This document shows positions 20,304 to 34,870 of a stretch of 64,000 nt of DNA, piece after piece. This DNA comes from Nitrospirota bacterium (GTDB taxonomy: Bacteria > Nitrospirota > UBA9217). The notes beneath the pieces were generated by a model. The model was not told the DNA's origin. It did not search any database and saw only the letters and a program-made list of their open reading frames with translations. Every line of letters begins with the position of its first letter. The first letter of the stretch is position 1. The stretch spans positions 32,001 through 96,000 of the forward strand of contig CAVVOB010000019.1 in NCBI GenBank assembly GCA_963749655.1. Reading direction: 5' to 3'. The translations under genes and the position numbers were made by a program.

Positions 20304-21095
20304 ATGAAACCAGCGATACTTCTTGTCTGCACATTGTTGCTCGCGACCCCTGCTGTTTCAGAAGAGCACCCTCAAAAGCTGACAAGCCATAACATAAAGA
20401 CCGTCAACCGCGCTTTTGCTGCCGGCGAAAAGCTGGTTTACATGATCAGCTGGTCCAACATCGTCAACGCGGGAATCGCCACGATGGAGGTCACGGAGGA
20501 AACGACCTCTAATGCCCGGCGGGTCTATCTCCTCCATTCCCAGACCCGGTCTGTGGGCCTGGTCGAAACGTTCTATCCCGTCCGCGATTCCGTCAAGAGC
20601 ACGGTCGACGCGGAGAGCCTCTGCAGCGATTCGTTCATATTGCACGAAAGCCACGGGGGAAGAAAACGGGACCGGGACATGATATTCGATCATGCGACCA
20701 ACACGGTTAAGGTCTCTCTCCGGGGGGACTCGAAGACCTATCCTGTCCCGGAATGCGTTCAGGACGCCCTTTCCTCCCTCTACTATGTCCGGACACGGCA
20801 GGACTTTACGGCGGGCGCACCGATCGTGGTGGATGTTCATGACAGCGATAAAACATGGGCCGTAGAAGTACAAACAATCGGGAAGGAACATATTGTCACG
20901 CCGGCAGGGGCCTTTGATACCATTAAAATCAAGACCCATCCGAAATATGAAGGGGTTTTTATGAATAAAGGTGAAATTTACATCTGGCTGACCGACGACG
21001 TGCGGAAAATTCCCGTGCTCATGAAGAGCAAGCTTTCTATCGGGTCCATTGTCGCTACTCTCACTGAAATGCAAGAAGGTGTCCCGAAACCATGA
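20304..21095 (+). CDS. DUF3108-like exported protein
   Basis: Signal peptide; GEKLVYMISW, QDALSSLYYVR, TPAGAFDT, IWLTDDVRKIPV. Confidence 0.8.
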   Translation: MKPAILLVCTLLLATPAVSEEHPQKLTSHNIKTVNRAFAAGEKLVYMISWSNIVNAGIATMEVTEETTSNARRVYLLHSQTRSVGLVETFYPVRDSVKSTVDAESLCSDSFILHESHGGRKRDRDMIFDHATNTVKVSLRGDSKTYPVPECVQDALSSLYYVRTRQDFTAGAPIVVDVHDSDKTWAVEVQTIGKEHIVTPAGAFDTIKIKTHPKYEGVFMNKGEIYIWLTDDVRKIPVLMKSKLSIGSIVATLTEMQEGVPKP

Positions 21096-22087
21096 TTACA
21101 GCAAAAGAACGGAAAAAGTTATCATCCTACATCAGCCGGTTCCCGTCGGTCCGTATTCTGGTCGTCGGGGACATCGTCCTCGACCATTACATCTGGGGGA
21201 AGGTATCCCGCATTTCGCCGGAAGCGCCCGTGCCCGTGGTGAACGTCACCCGGGAAAGCCTGCTGCTCGGCGGCGCGACGAACGTCGTGCAGAACATCCA
21301 TGCGCTGCGCGGATCGGTCGGCATCTGCGGCGTGATCGGCCGTGATGAGGCGGGCGGCAATGTGCTGCAACTGCTTCGCCGCCAGGGGATCCCCACCGAC
21401 GGGCTCGTCATGGACGACAGCAGGCCGACGACCGTCAAAACGCGCGTCATCGCCCACAGCCAGCAGGTTGTCCGTTTCGACCGCGAAACCAAGGACCGCA
21501 TCGGGAAAGACGTCCACCGCCGCATATTCGAGCACGTCAAGGAACGCATTGCTAACGGACTGGACGCCATCGTAATATCGGATTACTGCAAGGGAGTGGT
21601 GACCGCCGAGCTGGTCCGGGACATCGTCCGCCTTGCACGGAGAAACAAGATCATCGTTTCCGTGGATCCCAAGGTCAGCCACTTCGGCATGTACCGGGGA
21701 GTAACGGTCCTTACGCCGAACGCGAACGAAGCGTCCATCGGGTCCGACATCTCCATCGGGGATGAGGATTCGCTGCTTCGCGCAGGGGGCCTGCTCCTCA
21801 AACGCCTCCAGTGTCCCGCTGTTCTGATCACCCGCGGCGAGCAGGGAATGAGCCTGTTCGAACACGGGAGCAAGGTCACCCACATTCCGACGGTGGCCCG
21901 TCAGGTATTCGACGTGACCGGCGCCGGCGATACGGTCATCGGCACGCTCACGCTCGCCATGGCGGCAGGCGCCAGCATGGTCGATGCGGCCAGGATCTCG
22001 AACTACGCAGCCGGGATCGTTGTGGGGATCGTCGGCACGGCAACGGTCAAGCCCGATGAATTGAAGCAGCAGATAGAATCCGCATAG
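21092..22087 (+). CDS. rfaE1: D-glycero-beta-D-manno-heptose-7-phosphate kinase
   Basis: RISPEAPVPV, SDYCKG, TPN, DVTGAGDT. Confidence 0.94.
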   Translation: MITAKERKKLSSYISRFPSVRILVVGDIVLDHYIWGKVSRISPEAPVPVVNVTRESLLLGGATNVVQNIHALRGSVGICGVIGRDEAGGNVLQLLRRQGIPTDGLVMDDSRPTTVKTRVIAHSQQVVRFDRETKDRIGKDVHRRIFEHVKERIANGLDAIVISDYCKGVVTAELVRDIVRLARRNKIIVSVDPKVSHFGMYRGVTVLTPNANEASIGSDISIGDEDSLLRAGGLLLKRLQCPAVLITRGEQGMSLFEHGSKVTHIPTVARQVFDVTGAGDTVIGTLTLAMAAGASMVDAARISNYAAGIVVGIVGTATVKPDELKQQIESA

Positions 22088-22210
22088 CCGTTTCCTCACG
22101 GAACTTGCGATTTCCGGCGCACCGGCCCGGTTCGACATCTCTTGCGCGGGGCCTGTCCGGTAAATCATCACGACAAGCAGGTCGCCACTTCCTTATTTAG
22201 GAGCACGATT

Positions 22211-23104
22211 GTGAAAGGCATTATCCTGGCAGGCGGCAGCGGAACCCGTCTCTACCCCATAACACGCGGTGTTTGCAAGCAGCTGCTGCCGATCTATGAC
22301 AAGCCCATGATCTATTACCCGCTGTCGGTGCTCATGCTCTCCGGCATCCGGGACATCCTGATCATCTCCACGCCCATGGACCTTCCGCGGTTCAAGGACA
22401 TCTTCGGCGACGGCTCCGACCTGGGACTTGCCTTTTCCTATTGCGAACAGCCGCACCCGCGCGGTCTTGCCGACGCCTTCATCATCGGACGCGATTTCAT
22501 CGGGAACGATTCCGTCTGTCTCGTCCTGGGCGACAATATATTCTTCGGCCAGGGCTTGACCGGGCTGCTGAACAAGGCCGTCGGAGACATTGCCGCAGCG
22601 GGCGGCGCCACGGTCTTCGGCTATTACGTGAAGGACCCTGAGCGCTACGGCATTCTCGAGTTCGACGCGAAGGGAAATGTCCTCTCGGTGGAGGAAAAAC
22701 CCCGCGCGCCGAAATCCAGGTACGCCGTCACCGGGCTCTATTTCTACGACAACAACGTGGTCGAGATCGCCCGAAGCATAAAGCCGTCGGCGCGGGGCGA
22801 ACTGGAAATTACCGACGTGAACAATGCCTACCTGGCGAAGCGGCAGCTCCGCGTCGAGCTCATGGGCAGGGGCTATGCCTGGCTCGATACGGGGACCCAT
22901 GAAAGCCTGCTCGAAGCGGGCGAATTCATCGCCACCATCGAGAAACGGCAGGGGCTCAAACTGGCGTGCATAGAAGAGATCGCCTACAAGCTCGGCTATA
23001 TCGACCGGGAAAAACTGCTCAAGGCCGCCGTTTCCCACAGCAAGAACGCATACGGAGACTATTTGAAGATGGTTGCGGAGCAGGAGGTGCCGAGTGCCCT
23101 TTGA
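22211..23104 (+). CDS. rfbA: glucose-1-phosphate thymidylyltransferase
   Basis: [42 protein letters not shown]. Confidence 0.97.
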   Translation: MKGIILAGGSGTRLYPITRGVCKQLLPIYDKPMIYYPLSVLMLSGIRDILIISTPMDLPRFKDIFGDGSDLGLAFSYCEQPHPRGLADAFIIGRDFIGNDSVCLVLGDNIFFGQGLTGLLNKAVGDIAAAGGATVFGYYVKDPERYGILEFDAKGNVLSVEEKPRAPKSRYAVTGLYFYDNNVVEIARSIKPSARGELEITDVNNAYLAKRQLRVELMGRGYAWLDTGTHESLLEAGEFIATIEKRQGLKLACIEEIAYKLGYIDREKLLKAAVSHSKNAYGDYLKMVAEQEVPSAL

Positions 23105-23662
23105 GTTCAGCACTCTTGAAATCCCCGGCCCCGTCCTGGTCCGTCCCCGGGTGTTCAACGACAGCCGGGGGTCTTTCCTCGAGCTGTACAAGCGTACGGA
23201 CTTCGTGAACGCGGGGATCAGGGAACATCTTGTTCAGGACAACTACTCGAAGTCGTTCAAGGGCGTGCTGCGGGGGCTCCATTATCAGAAAGCCCCCCGG
23301 GCCCAGGGCAAGCTGGTCCTGTGCCTGAAGGGAGCCATTTACGATGTTGCCGTGGATATCCGCAAGGGCTCCCCCCATTTCGGGAAATGGGTCTCCCAGG
23401 AGCTCACCGAAGAGAACAGGCACATGCTCTACCTGCCTGCCGGGTTTCGCCCACGGCTTCCAGGTCCTGAGCGAGACGGCGGAAGTCCTGTACAAATGCA
23501 CGGATGAATACTCTCCCGCTGAAGACCGGGGGATCATCTGGAACGATCCCGATATTGCGGTCACCTGGCCGCTATCGAAACCGGTCCTCTCGGACAAGGA
23601 CGGGGCCCTTCCGCGGCTGAAGGATGCCGACAATAAACTTCACGATTGCGGACCTCCCATGA
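23094..23662 (+). CDS. rfbC: dTDP-4-dehydrorhamnose 3,5-epimerase (frameshifts near 23440 and 23635)
   Basis: [32 protein letters not shown], then [10 protein letters not shown] and IIWNDP in another frame; TGA overlaps rmlD ATG. Confidence 0.9.
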
Positions 23663-24514
23663 AGTTTCTCATAACAGGGAAAAACGGCCAGCTGGCTCAA
23701 TCGTTCATCAGGCGGTTCGAGGAGCGCTCGTACGAGTTCAGCGCGCCCGGCGAAGACCGGCTCGACATTACGGACCCCGCTGCAGTCAATGAGGCCGTAA
23801 GCGCGTTGAAGCCCGATGTCATCATCAACTGCGCGGCCTACAACCTCGTGGACAAAGCGGAACAAGACCGCGATGCCGTCATCCGGGTAAACGCGACGGG
23901 CCCGAAAAACCTCGCGCAGGCTGCACTTGAACAAAAGGCGTTCCTCGTGCATTTCGGATCGGATTATGTGTTCGACGGGTCCAAGGAGAACGGCTTGTAT
24001 ACCGAAGACGACCCGACGAATCCGCTGAACGTCTACGGACGGAGCAAACTGGACGGAGAACAGCACGTCCTGGACAGCCTCGACCGGAGCCTGGTCTTCC
24101 GGCTGAGCTGGGTCTTCGGCAGGGGAAAACAAAATTTCATCCACAAGCTCATCGAATGGGCCGGGAGCAGCGAATACCTCAAGATCGCCTGCGATGAATT
24201 CTCGGTGCCGACGTCAACCGAAACGGTCGTTGACGTTGCGCTCCAGGCCCTGGACCAGGGCCTGACCGGACGGTACCATCTCACGAACAGCGGCTACTGC
24301 TCGCGGTACGAATGGGCAAAATTCATCCTTGCGGCGCTCGGCATCCGTAAATTCGTCAGGCCCGTGTCCATGGACTCCTTTCAGCTTCCGGCACGGCGGC
24401 CGAAATTCTCGGCCATGAGCAACGAAAGGATCCGCAGGACGCTGGGCATGCGCCGTTCCGGGGTGGGAAGAGGCCGTGGGATCATTCCTGCGGGAGGAAA
24501 ACATCAGCGTATGA
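23659..24514 (+). CDS. rfbD: dTDP-4-dehydrorhamnose reductase (frameshift near 24450)
   Basis: [34 protein letters not shown]; true end [11 protein letters not shown]...stop is in another frame. Confidence 0.9.
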
Positions 24515-25672
24515 ACACCGGGGGAAATGAAGCAACAGCAGGGGATCTCAGGAAGGCAAACATCCTGGTGACCGGCGGCGCCGGCTTTATCGGGTCCAAT
24601 TTCATCCGGTACGCATTCAGCAAAAGCGGGTTCGCCGGCACGATCGTGAATTACGACAAGTTGACCTACGCCGGAAACCTGTTCAGCCTGGAGGATATCG
24701 AGCGGAAATATGGAAACGACCGCTACCTGTTCGAACGGGGCGACATCAAGGATTATGAACAGGTCGGCAGGGTCATTGCCGACAACGGCATCAGCATGAT
24801 CGTCCACTTCGCCGCGGAAAGCCATGTCGACCGGTCGATCTTCGGCCCCAAGGAATTCATCGAGACCAACATCAACGGCACCTTCAGCCTGCTCGAAGCG
24901 GCGCGCAGGGCCTGGAACGGACGAACGGACGTGCGGTTCCATCACATCAGCACCGACGAGGTCTACGGATCTCTCGGCGACACCGGTTCGTTTCTTGAAA
25001 CGACGCCCTATGACCCGCGCAGCCCCTACTCCGCGTCGAAGGCATCCTCGGACCATCTGGTTCGGGCCTATTTTCACACCTACGGGCTGCCGGTGACGAT
25101 CTCCAATTGCTCGAACAATTACGGGCCCTATCAGTTCCCGGAAAAGCTGATCCCGCTTATCCTGCTGAACGCCCTGGAAGGCAAACCGCTGCCGGTTTAC
25201 GGAGACGGAAAAAACGTCCGGGACTGGCTTTACGTCGACGACCATTGCGAAGCGATCTGGACGATCCTGGAAAAGGGGACGTCCGGGGAGACCTACAATA
25301 TCGGCGGAGAGTGCGAAAAGCAGAATGTCGAGGTGGTGAACGAAATTTGCGACGTTCTGGAGGAGCTGTATCCTCTTGCCCGAAATTCCCTCATTCCGCA
25401 ATCCGCAATCCGCAATCCGCAATTATAAAGATCTCATCACCTACGTCGGCGACCGGCCGGGTCATGACCGGCGGTATGCGATCAACTGCGACAAGATCAA
25501 ACACGCGCTCGGCTGGACGCAGCGCCATGACTTCACCGGCGGGCTCAGGGAGACCGTTTCGTGGTACCTGAACAACGATGTCTGGGTGAAAAGCGTCAGG
25601 AGCGGAGAATACGCGAAGTGGATCGATAAAAACTACGCCGCGAGAGCGGCCGGCAAGAAGGAGACTGCATGA
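24511..25672 (+). CDS. rfbB: dTDP-glucose 4,6-dehydratase (frame broken at a 7-bp tandem repeat near 25400)
   Basis: [45 protein letters not shown]; [10 protein letters not shown] in the next frame. Confidence 0.93.
25393..25423 (+). repeat. intragenic heptamer tandem repeat (A[T/A]TCCGC x4)
   Basis: attccgc aatccgc aatccgc aatccgc aat. Confidence 0.9.
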
Positions 25673-27001
25673 AAATATCAGTAATCGGAACCGGTTATGT
25701 CGGGCTGGTCACCGGCACCTGCCTTGCCGAGAGCGGCAACGACGTCATCTGTATGGACATCGACAGCGAGAAGATCGACAGGCTCAATTCCGGCATCGTG
25801 CCGATCTACGAGCCGGGGCTGGAGGAACTGATCAAACGGAACGTTTCCCACGGCCGTTTGTTCTTCACCACCGACATGGCAAAGGCCGTGAAGAGCGCCG
25901 ACATCATCTTCATCGCCGTCGGGACGCCTCCGGGCGAGGACGGCTCGGCGGACCTCAAATACGTGCTCGGCGCGGCCCGCGAGATCGGCGCCTCGATGAA
26001 CGGCTACAAGGTCATCATCAACAAGAGCACCGTCCCCGTGGGCACGGCGGACAAGGTACGAGCGGCCATCGCGGCGAAGACCCACATGTCTTTCGATGTC
26101 GTCTCCAATCCCGAGTTCCTGAAGGAAGGGGCCGCGATCGAGGACTTCATGAAACCCGACCGCGTGGTCATCGGCGCCGACAGCACCCGGGCCGCGGAGC
26201 TGATGCAGGACCTCTATGCGCCCTTTGTGCGCACGGGCAAACCGATCCTGCTCATGGACATCCGGAGCGCGGAAATGACCAAGTACGCATCCAATGCCAT
26301 GCTCGCGACCAAGATCTCCTTCATCAACGAAATGGCGGTCATCTGCGCGGGGCTCGGCGCCGACATCGACCACGTCCGCAAGGGTATGGGCTTCGACCGA
26401 CGCATCGGATTCGAGTTCCTCTTTCCGGGCGTCGGCTACGGCGGGTCCTGTTTTCCCAAGGACGTCAAGGCCCTCGTGCAGACCGCGAAGGAGCACGGCG
26501 TGGATGCCAGCGTGCTCAAGGCCGTGGAGGCGGTGAACGAACGCCAGAAAAACCTGCTGTCCCGGATGCTGCTTCGCCACTTCTCGGTCCACGGACCGAA
26601 GAAGAGCCCCGGCGCGAAAAAACCGCTCGCCGGCAAAACGATCGCCCTCTGGGGCCTTTCGTTCAAACCCCGCACCGACGACATGCGCGAGGCGCCGTCC
26701 GTCGTCATCATCAACAGCCTTCTTCGCGCGGGCGCTGCCGTCCGGGCGCACGATCCCGTCGCCATGGAAGAGGCCCGCAAGATTTTTAAAAACCGGATCG
26801 ACTACGCCGAAGATTCGTATGAAGCGCTGGGGAGCCGATGCGCTTGCCGTCGTGACCGAGTGGAACGAGTTCCGCACGCCGGACTTCCAGAAAATGAAGA
26901 AGCTGATGAACAAACCGGTCATCTTCGACGGAAGAAACATCTACAACCAGGAAGAACTCAGGAAAATGGGATTCACGTATTACGGCATCGGGAGAAAATA
27001 A
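25669..27001 (+). CDS. ugd: UDP-glucose 6-dehydrogenase (frameshift near 26830)
   Basis: [52 protein letters not shown]; TEWNEF...FDGRN in the next frame. Confidence 0.94.
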
Positions 27002-27007
27002 CGGAAA

Positions 27008-28045
<1,038 letters not shown>

Positions 28046-28151
28046 CGAACCGGATCATTTTTATCCGCAGATTACGCAGATGGACGCAGATTGTACTACA
28101 AGAAAGAGAACCTTGACACTGATCAAGGCGGATTTAATTATGAAGAACCAT

Positions 28152-28291
28152 GATATGTTCGTAGTAAGTCCTAAGCCGTCTTTGCGAGCGTAGCGAAGCA
28201 ATCTCGTAGTTTCTCCTGGCTGATACATCGCGATTGCCGCATCGCTCCGCTCCTCGCAATGACGGCACTGGAGGCTTTTTACGAATGCATC
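28152..28291. mobile_element. MITE-like element carrying an internal palindromic (REP/RPE-like) element at 28175-28266
   Basis: Ends gatatgttcgtagtaagtc / ggctttttacgaatgcatc resemble those of 6210-6334; core gccgtctttgcgagcgtagcgaagcaatc...gattgccgcatcgctccgctcctcgcaatgacggc. Confidence 0.7.
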
Positions 28292-28393
28292 AACCAGGAT
28301 ACTGTTTTGCTGTATCAGCTTTTATCATCGCCTTTGTCCGATGTTATCCGTGTCAAAGGTTTTTATAATTTAGCTGTTGTCAGAGTCAACCCT

Positions 28394-29189
28394 ATGAAAA
28401 CAAACCAAACATCATCGCCGTCATCCCGGCCCGCTACGGTTCGACCCGGTTTCCCGGAAAATCGCTTGCCCTGATCCAGGGACAAACCCATGATCCAGTG
28501 GGTCTACGAGCGCACGAAGCGATCGCAGCTGGTCGACCGGGTCCTGGTGGCCACCGACGACGACCGCATCATGCGGGCCGTGGCCGCCTTCGGCGGAGAG
28601 GCCGTCATGACCTCGACGGACCACCCCACGGGCACCGACCGCATCGCCGAGGTCGCCCGGGGGCTGGACTGCGGCATCGTCGTGAATGTGCAGGGCGATG
28701 AACCGCTGATCGAGCCCGCCATGATCGACGAGGCGATCGCTCCGCTGGCCGAGCGATCCCGCCATCCCCATGGGCACGGTCTGCAGGAGAATCGAGCGGC
28801 CGCGACGAGGCCTTCGATCCCAACGTGGTCAAGGTGGTTCTCGACGAACAGAGGGTTTGCGCTCTATGTTCTCCCGCGCGCCCATCCCCTGGGACCGCGA
28901 CGCCTGGGCGGGCAAAGCGGTCTCTGTGACGAGCTGCCCCTGACGACGGCGCTGTACAAACATATCGGCCTCTATGTGTATCGCCGGGAGTTCCTGCTGC
29001 GCTATGCCGGGCCTGCCCCAGACGCCGCTCGAAGCGGCTGAAAAGCTGGAACAGCTCCGCGCGCTCGGAAACACGGGCATCGGATCAGGGTTAGTCGATC
29101 ACCGAAGCACGAATCCTTTGGTGTTGACATCCCGGGGGATTTGAGGTAAAATACTGAATCGTCTGAGAAGAGAAGAGAGCTCAGGAATA

Positions 29190-29190
<1 letters not shown>
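28394..29190 (+). CDS. kdsB: 3-deoxy-manno-octulosonate cytidylyltransferase (multiple frameshifts)
   Basis: [50 protein letters not shown] across frames. Confidence 0.9.
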
Positions 29191-30856
<1,666 letters not shown>

Positions 30857-30860
<4 letters not shown>

Positions 30861-31687
30861 TGCGCACAGGTCCAGGTATCAGGGACATCAACGATCGGCG
30901 GCAACAATCTTCCCTTCGTGCTGATCGCCGGGCCCTGCGTCATCGAGTCCGAAGGCGCCACCCTCGAAGCCGCGGCACGGCTCAAGCGAGATCACGACCG
31001 GACCTCGGCATCCCGTTCATCTTTAAGTCATCGTACGACAAGGCCAACCGCAGTTCGGCCCAGTCCTATCGGGGACCGGGGCTGAAGGAGGGACTGCGCA
31101 TCCTCGGCCGCGTGGCGAAAGAACTCGATCTGCCCCTGCTCTCCGACGTGCACCGCTTCGAGGAGATCGGGCCGGCGGCCGAGGTCCTGGACATCCTGCA
31201 GATACCGGCATTTCTCTGCCGGCAGACCGACTTTCGTCATGGACGTTGCGCGGACCAACAGGGTCGTGAACATCAAGAAAGGGCAGTTCCTCGCGCCCTG
31301 GGACATCAAGAACGCCGTCGACAAAGTGGCCTCCGACGGGCAATGAAAAGATCCTCATCACCGAACGGGGAGTGTCGTTCGGGTACAATAATCTGTCGCC
31401 GACATGCGCGCCCTGCCGATCATGCGCGAGTCTCGGCTATCCGGTCGTATTCGACGCCACCCATTCGGTGCAGCTCCCCGGAGCCGGCGGAACGGCGTCA
31501 TCAGGCGACCGGCAGTTCGTTCCGCATCTGACGCGGGCGGCCGTGGCCGTCGGCATCGACGCACTGTTCATGGAGGTGCACGCCTGCCCGGACAAGGCGC
31601 TCTGTGACGGACCGAACATGCTGAGCCTTGACGAGCTCCCGGCGCTTCTTGAAACAGGCGCAGCAGATAGACAGGATCGTAAAATGA
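30857..31687 (+). CDS. kdsA: KDO-8-phosphate synthase (multiple frameshifts)
   Basis: [48 protein letters not shown]. Confidence 0.93.
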
Positions 31688-32654
31688 CGATCGAACAGGC
31701 AAAACGAGTGCTCAGGATCGAAGCAGATGCCGTGGCGGCGTTGATCGACCGGATCGATGCGACCTTCGAGCAGGCCGTTGATATGGTGCTGAACAGCAAA
31801 GGCCGCGTGGTCGTCACCGGCATGGGCAAGTCGGGCTGATCGGGAAGAAGATCGCCGCCACGCTGGCCTCCACGGGCACGCCGGCGCTGTTCCTGCATCC
31901 CGCCGAAGGCATCCACGGCGACCTCGGCATGGTCATGCGGGGCGATGTGGTGATCGCGCTGTCGAACAGCGGAGAGACCGAGGAAATCGCCCGCATGCTG
32001 CCGTCGCTCAAACGGCTCGGGATCCAGATCATCGCCCTGACCGGCAACAAGGACTCCACGCTTGCCAAGAACAGCGATGTGGTGCTCGATGTCGGGGTGA
32101 AGGAGGAAGCCTGCCCCCTGGGGCTTGCGCCGACGGCCAGCACCACCGCGACCCTGGCCATGGGGGACGCTCTGGCGGTGGCGCTGCTGGACAAGCGCGG
32201 ATTCAGGCCCGAGGATTTCGCCTGTTTCCATCCCGGCGGCGCGCTCGGCAAAAGGCTGCTGCTGCGCGTTCGCGATCTCATGCATACGGGGAACGATATC
32301 CCGACGGTCACGAAGCAGACGCTGATCAAGGACGCCATCTACGAGATCTCGTCGAAAAAAATGGGCGTCACCGCCGTTCTCAATGCGGCCGGCAAACTGG
32401 TCGGCGTCATTTCCGACGGCGATCTTCGGCGCTGGATGGAAAAGACGGAAAAAACCGGCGAGAATCTGCTGACGAAGAGGGCCGTGGACATCATGACCAA
32501 GAATCCGAAAGTCGCCAACAAGGACTCCCTGGCAGCCGAAGCCGTGGCCATCATGGAAAAGAACTCCATCACCTGCCTGATCGTTGCTGATGCGCAAAAA
32601 AAACCGGAAGGCGTCATCCATCTCCATGACCTGCTGAAGGCCGGGGTGGTGTGA
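31684..32654 (+). CDS. kdsD: arabinose-5-phosphate isomerase, KpsF/GutQ family (frameshift near 31835)
   Basis: [33 protein letters not shown], two CBS domains. Confidence 0.93.
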
Positions 32655-32664
32655 AACCGAAACC

Positions 32665-32839
32665 GCATAGGGCATAGTGCAGAGAGCAAAGGGGGAAGTG
32701 AACCGTAAAGCGCATAGTGCAGAGTGCATAGCGCAGAGGGCGTGAAACCTGCTTAAAGCATGGTATGGTGCCGAGCGCGGAGGGTTTAACACCATGCTCT
32801 ATGCTCTATGCTCCATGCTCTATGCCCCATGCCCCATGC
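32665..32839. repeat. inverted array of degenerate heptamers between kdsD and kdsC
   Basis: gcatagg gcatagt gcagaga...; right arm atgctct atgctct atgctcc atgctct atgcccc atgcccc. Confidence 0.8.
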
Positions 32840-32847
32840 AACGTTAT

Positions 32848-33367
32848 ATGAAACCGAATCAGCGAACCATAAAGGCGAAAGCCAAAAAAATCAAACTGCT
32901 CCTCCTCGACGTTGACGGCGTACTGACCGACGGCACGATCATCCTGGACAACCAGGGGAACGAACTCAAGGCATTCCACGTGCGCGACGGCCACGGGATC
33001 AAGCTCGCGCAGCGGGCGGGCATCATCATCGGGATCATCACCGGCAGGAATTCCGCGGTCGTGAACGATCCGGGCGCGGGAACTGGGCATCCAGGAGGTC
33101 CACCAGGGCGCCACGAACAAGATCGAGGTTTACGAGGCCCTGCTCGCGAAATACGGACTCTCCGACGACGACGTCGCCTATATGGGCGACGACGTCGTGG
33201 ACCTGGCCATCTTTAAGCGCGTCGGAATTGCCGTGACCGTTGCCGACGCCGATCCCGCGGTGCTTCCTGAAGTGGATATGATCACGAAAACGCAGGGGGG
33301 CAGGGGGGCTGTGCGCGAATTCATCAATCTCATCCTGCAGAGCCGGGACGCGGCAGCCGTCTCATGA
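32848..33367 (+). CDS. kdsC: KDO-8-phosphate phosphatase (frameshift near 33068)
   Basis: LDVDGVLTDG, FHVRDGHGI, IITGR, MGDDVVD, GGRGAVRE. Confidence 0.92.
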
Positions 33368-34262
33368 ACGAGCGGCTCACCCGGCTGAGAAAGCGCGTTT
33401 CACGCATTTCCCTGATCTGGATCATCAGGGCAGTCGAGCTGTTCTCCCGGATCGTGCCGTACCGGTGCGGAGTCTGGTCGGGAGGCGTACTCGGGTCCCT
33501 CGTGTACTACCTGCTCCCGCGGGAGCGCAAAAGAACGCTGGCGCATCTGACCCTGGTGTTCGGCGACCGGGGCCCGGCCTGGATACGCCGGACGGCGCGG
33601 CGATGCTTCTTCCATCTGGGCAAGGCCATGCTCGAAATCATGCTCATGACCCCGGAGCGCCTGGCGCGGGCCGTCGACCTCGTGGGTGAAGAGAATCTCA
33701 AGGCCGCGCTCAGCCTGAACAAGGGCGTCATCTACGTAACCGGTCATATCGGGAACTGGGAGATCATGGCCCACGCGGTCGGGCAGCGCTACCCGCTGAG
33801 CGTCGTTGCGGCGCCGATCGAGCCTGAACAGGTCAATGACATGATCGTCGCGCTGCGCGCACGGATGGGGGTCAGTACGATCCTGCGCAGCAGACCGGGT
33901 GCTTCCCGGGAATTGATACGGTCCTTCAGGGAAAACCGGATCCTGGGAATCCTGATCGACCAGGACACGGACGTGGACAGCGCCTTCGTGGACTTCATGG
34001 GCAGACCGGCCTGGACGCCCACGGCTGCGGCTTCCATGGCGATCAAGTTCGGCGCGCCCATCGTGTTCGGCTACATCCGCCGGGGCGACGACAACAGGCA
34101 CACCATCACCTTGGAAGGGCCGCTGCCGCCGAGCGCAACCGGCGATGCGGAAAAGGACATCATCGCAAATACCGCCATGCTGACAAAAAAGATAGAAGAT
34201 TGCATCATGCAGAGCCGGAACAGTGGGTCTGGATGCACCGAAGGTGGAGGAGACAGCCGTGA
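33364..34262 (+). CDS. lipid A late acyltransferase, LpxL/HtrB family (frameshift near 34213)
   Basis: TGHIGNWE, LIDQD, VDFMGRPA; PEQWVWMHRRW-stop in another frame. Confidence 0.9.
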
Positions 34263-34807
34263 AGATCTTCAATGTCCCGAACCTGCTCTCTCTCAGCCGG
34301 ATCCTGTCGGTGCCGGTGTTCATCGTCCTCATGCTCGAGCCGAGCCCGGCCCGGGCGCTCGCGGCAGGCGTCGTGTTTTCCCTGGCGTCGGCCACGGACT
34401 GGCTCGACGGCTACCTCGCCCGCAAATGGGGGCAGGTTACGAAGATGGGAAAGCTGCTCGATCCCATCGCCGACAAGATCCTGATCATGTCGGCCCTGGT
34501 CATTCTCGTCGAGATCCGGTCCGATGTGGTGCATTCGTGGATCGCCATCGTCATCATCGGCCGGGAATTCGCCGTTACCGGCCTCCGCGCGATCGCATCG
34601 AGCGAAGGCATCATCATCCCTGCGGAGAACGTGGGGAAATACAAGGTCGGCGCGCAGATCACGGCCGTTCTCTCCCTGCTTCTCGATTATTATCTCACCC
34701 AGGAATGGCTGCGCGATCTCGGCGCCGTGGCCCTCTGGGTGGCCATGGTGCTGGCCGTCTATTCGGCGGTGAACTATTTCAGGACCTACTGGAAGCAGCT
34801 GCATTAA
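34259..34807 (+). CDS. pgsA: CDP-diacylglycerol--glycerol-3-phosphate 3-phosphatidyltransferase
   Basis: NVPNLLSLSR, TDWLDGYLARKWGQVTKMGKLLDPIADK, REFAVTGLR. Confidence 0.95.
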   Translation: MKIFNVPNLLSLSRILSVPVFIVLMLEPSPARALAAGVVFSLASATDWLDGYLARKWGQVTKMGKLLDPIADKILIMSALVILVEIRSDVVHSWIAIVIIGREFAVTGLRAIASSEGIIIPAENVGKYKVGAQITAVLSLLLDYYLTQEWLRDLGAVALWVAMVLAVYSAVNYFRTYWKQLH

Positions 34808-34870
34808 GCCCTTCAAAAGGGCGTCTGAATTTTTGAATCTCGCTGTTGAAAAGGCCTGAGTACACCATTC

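Noticed and set aside
23344-25428. Apparent 694-aa RmlC-RmlD-RmlB fusion
   Set aside because: Natural C-termini and ATGA stop/start overlaps (23659-23662, 24511-24514) exist in adjacent frames, so the fusion arises from single-base indels
32794-32847. ORF extensions such as MLYALCSMLYAPCPM (also 27054 and 62736)
   Set aside because: Translations of heptamer repeat arrays, not credible protein sequence
33364-34836. Apparent 490-aa extended LpxL overlapping pgsA
   Set aside because: The conserved end PEQWVWMHRRW-stop is in another frame at 34262; the extension is read-through after a frameshift
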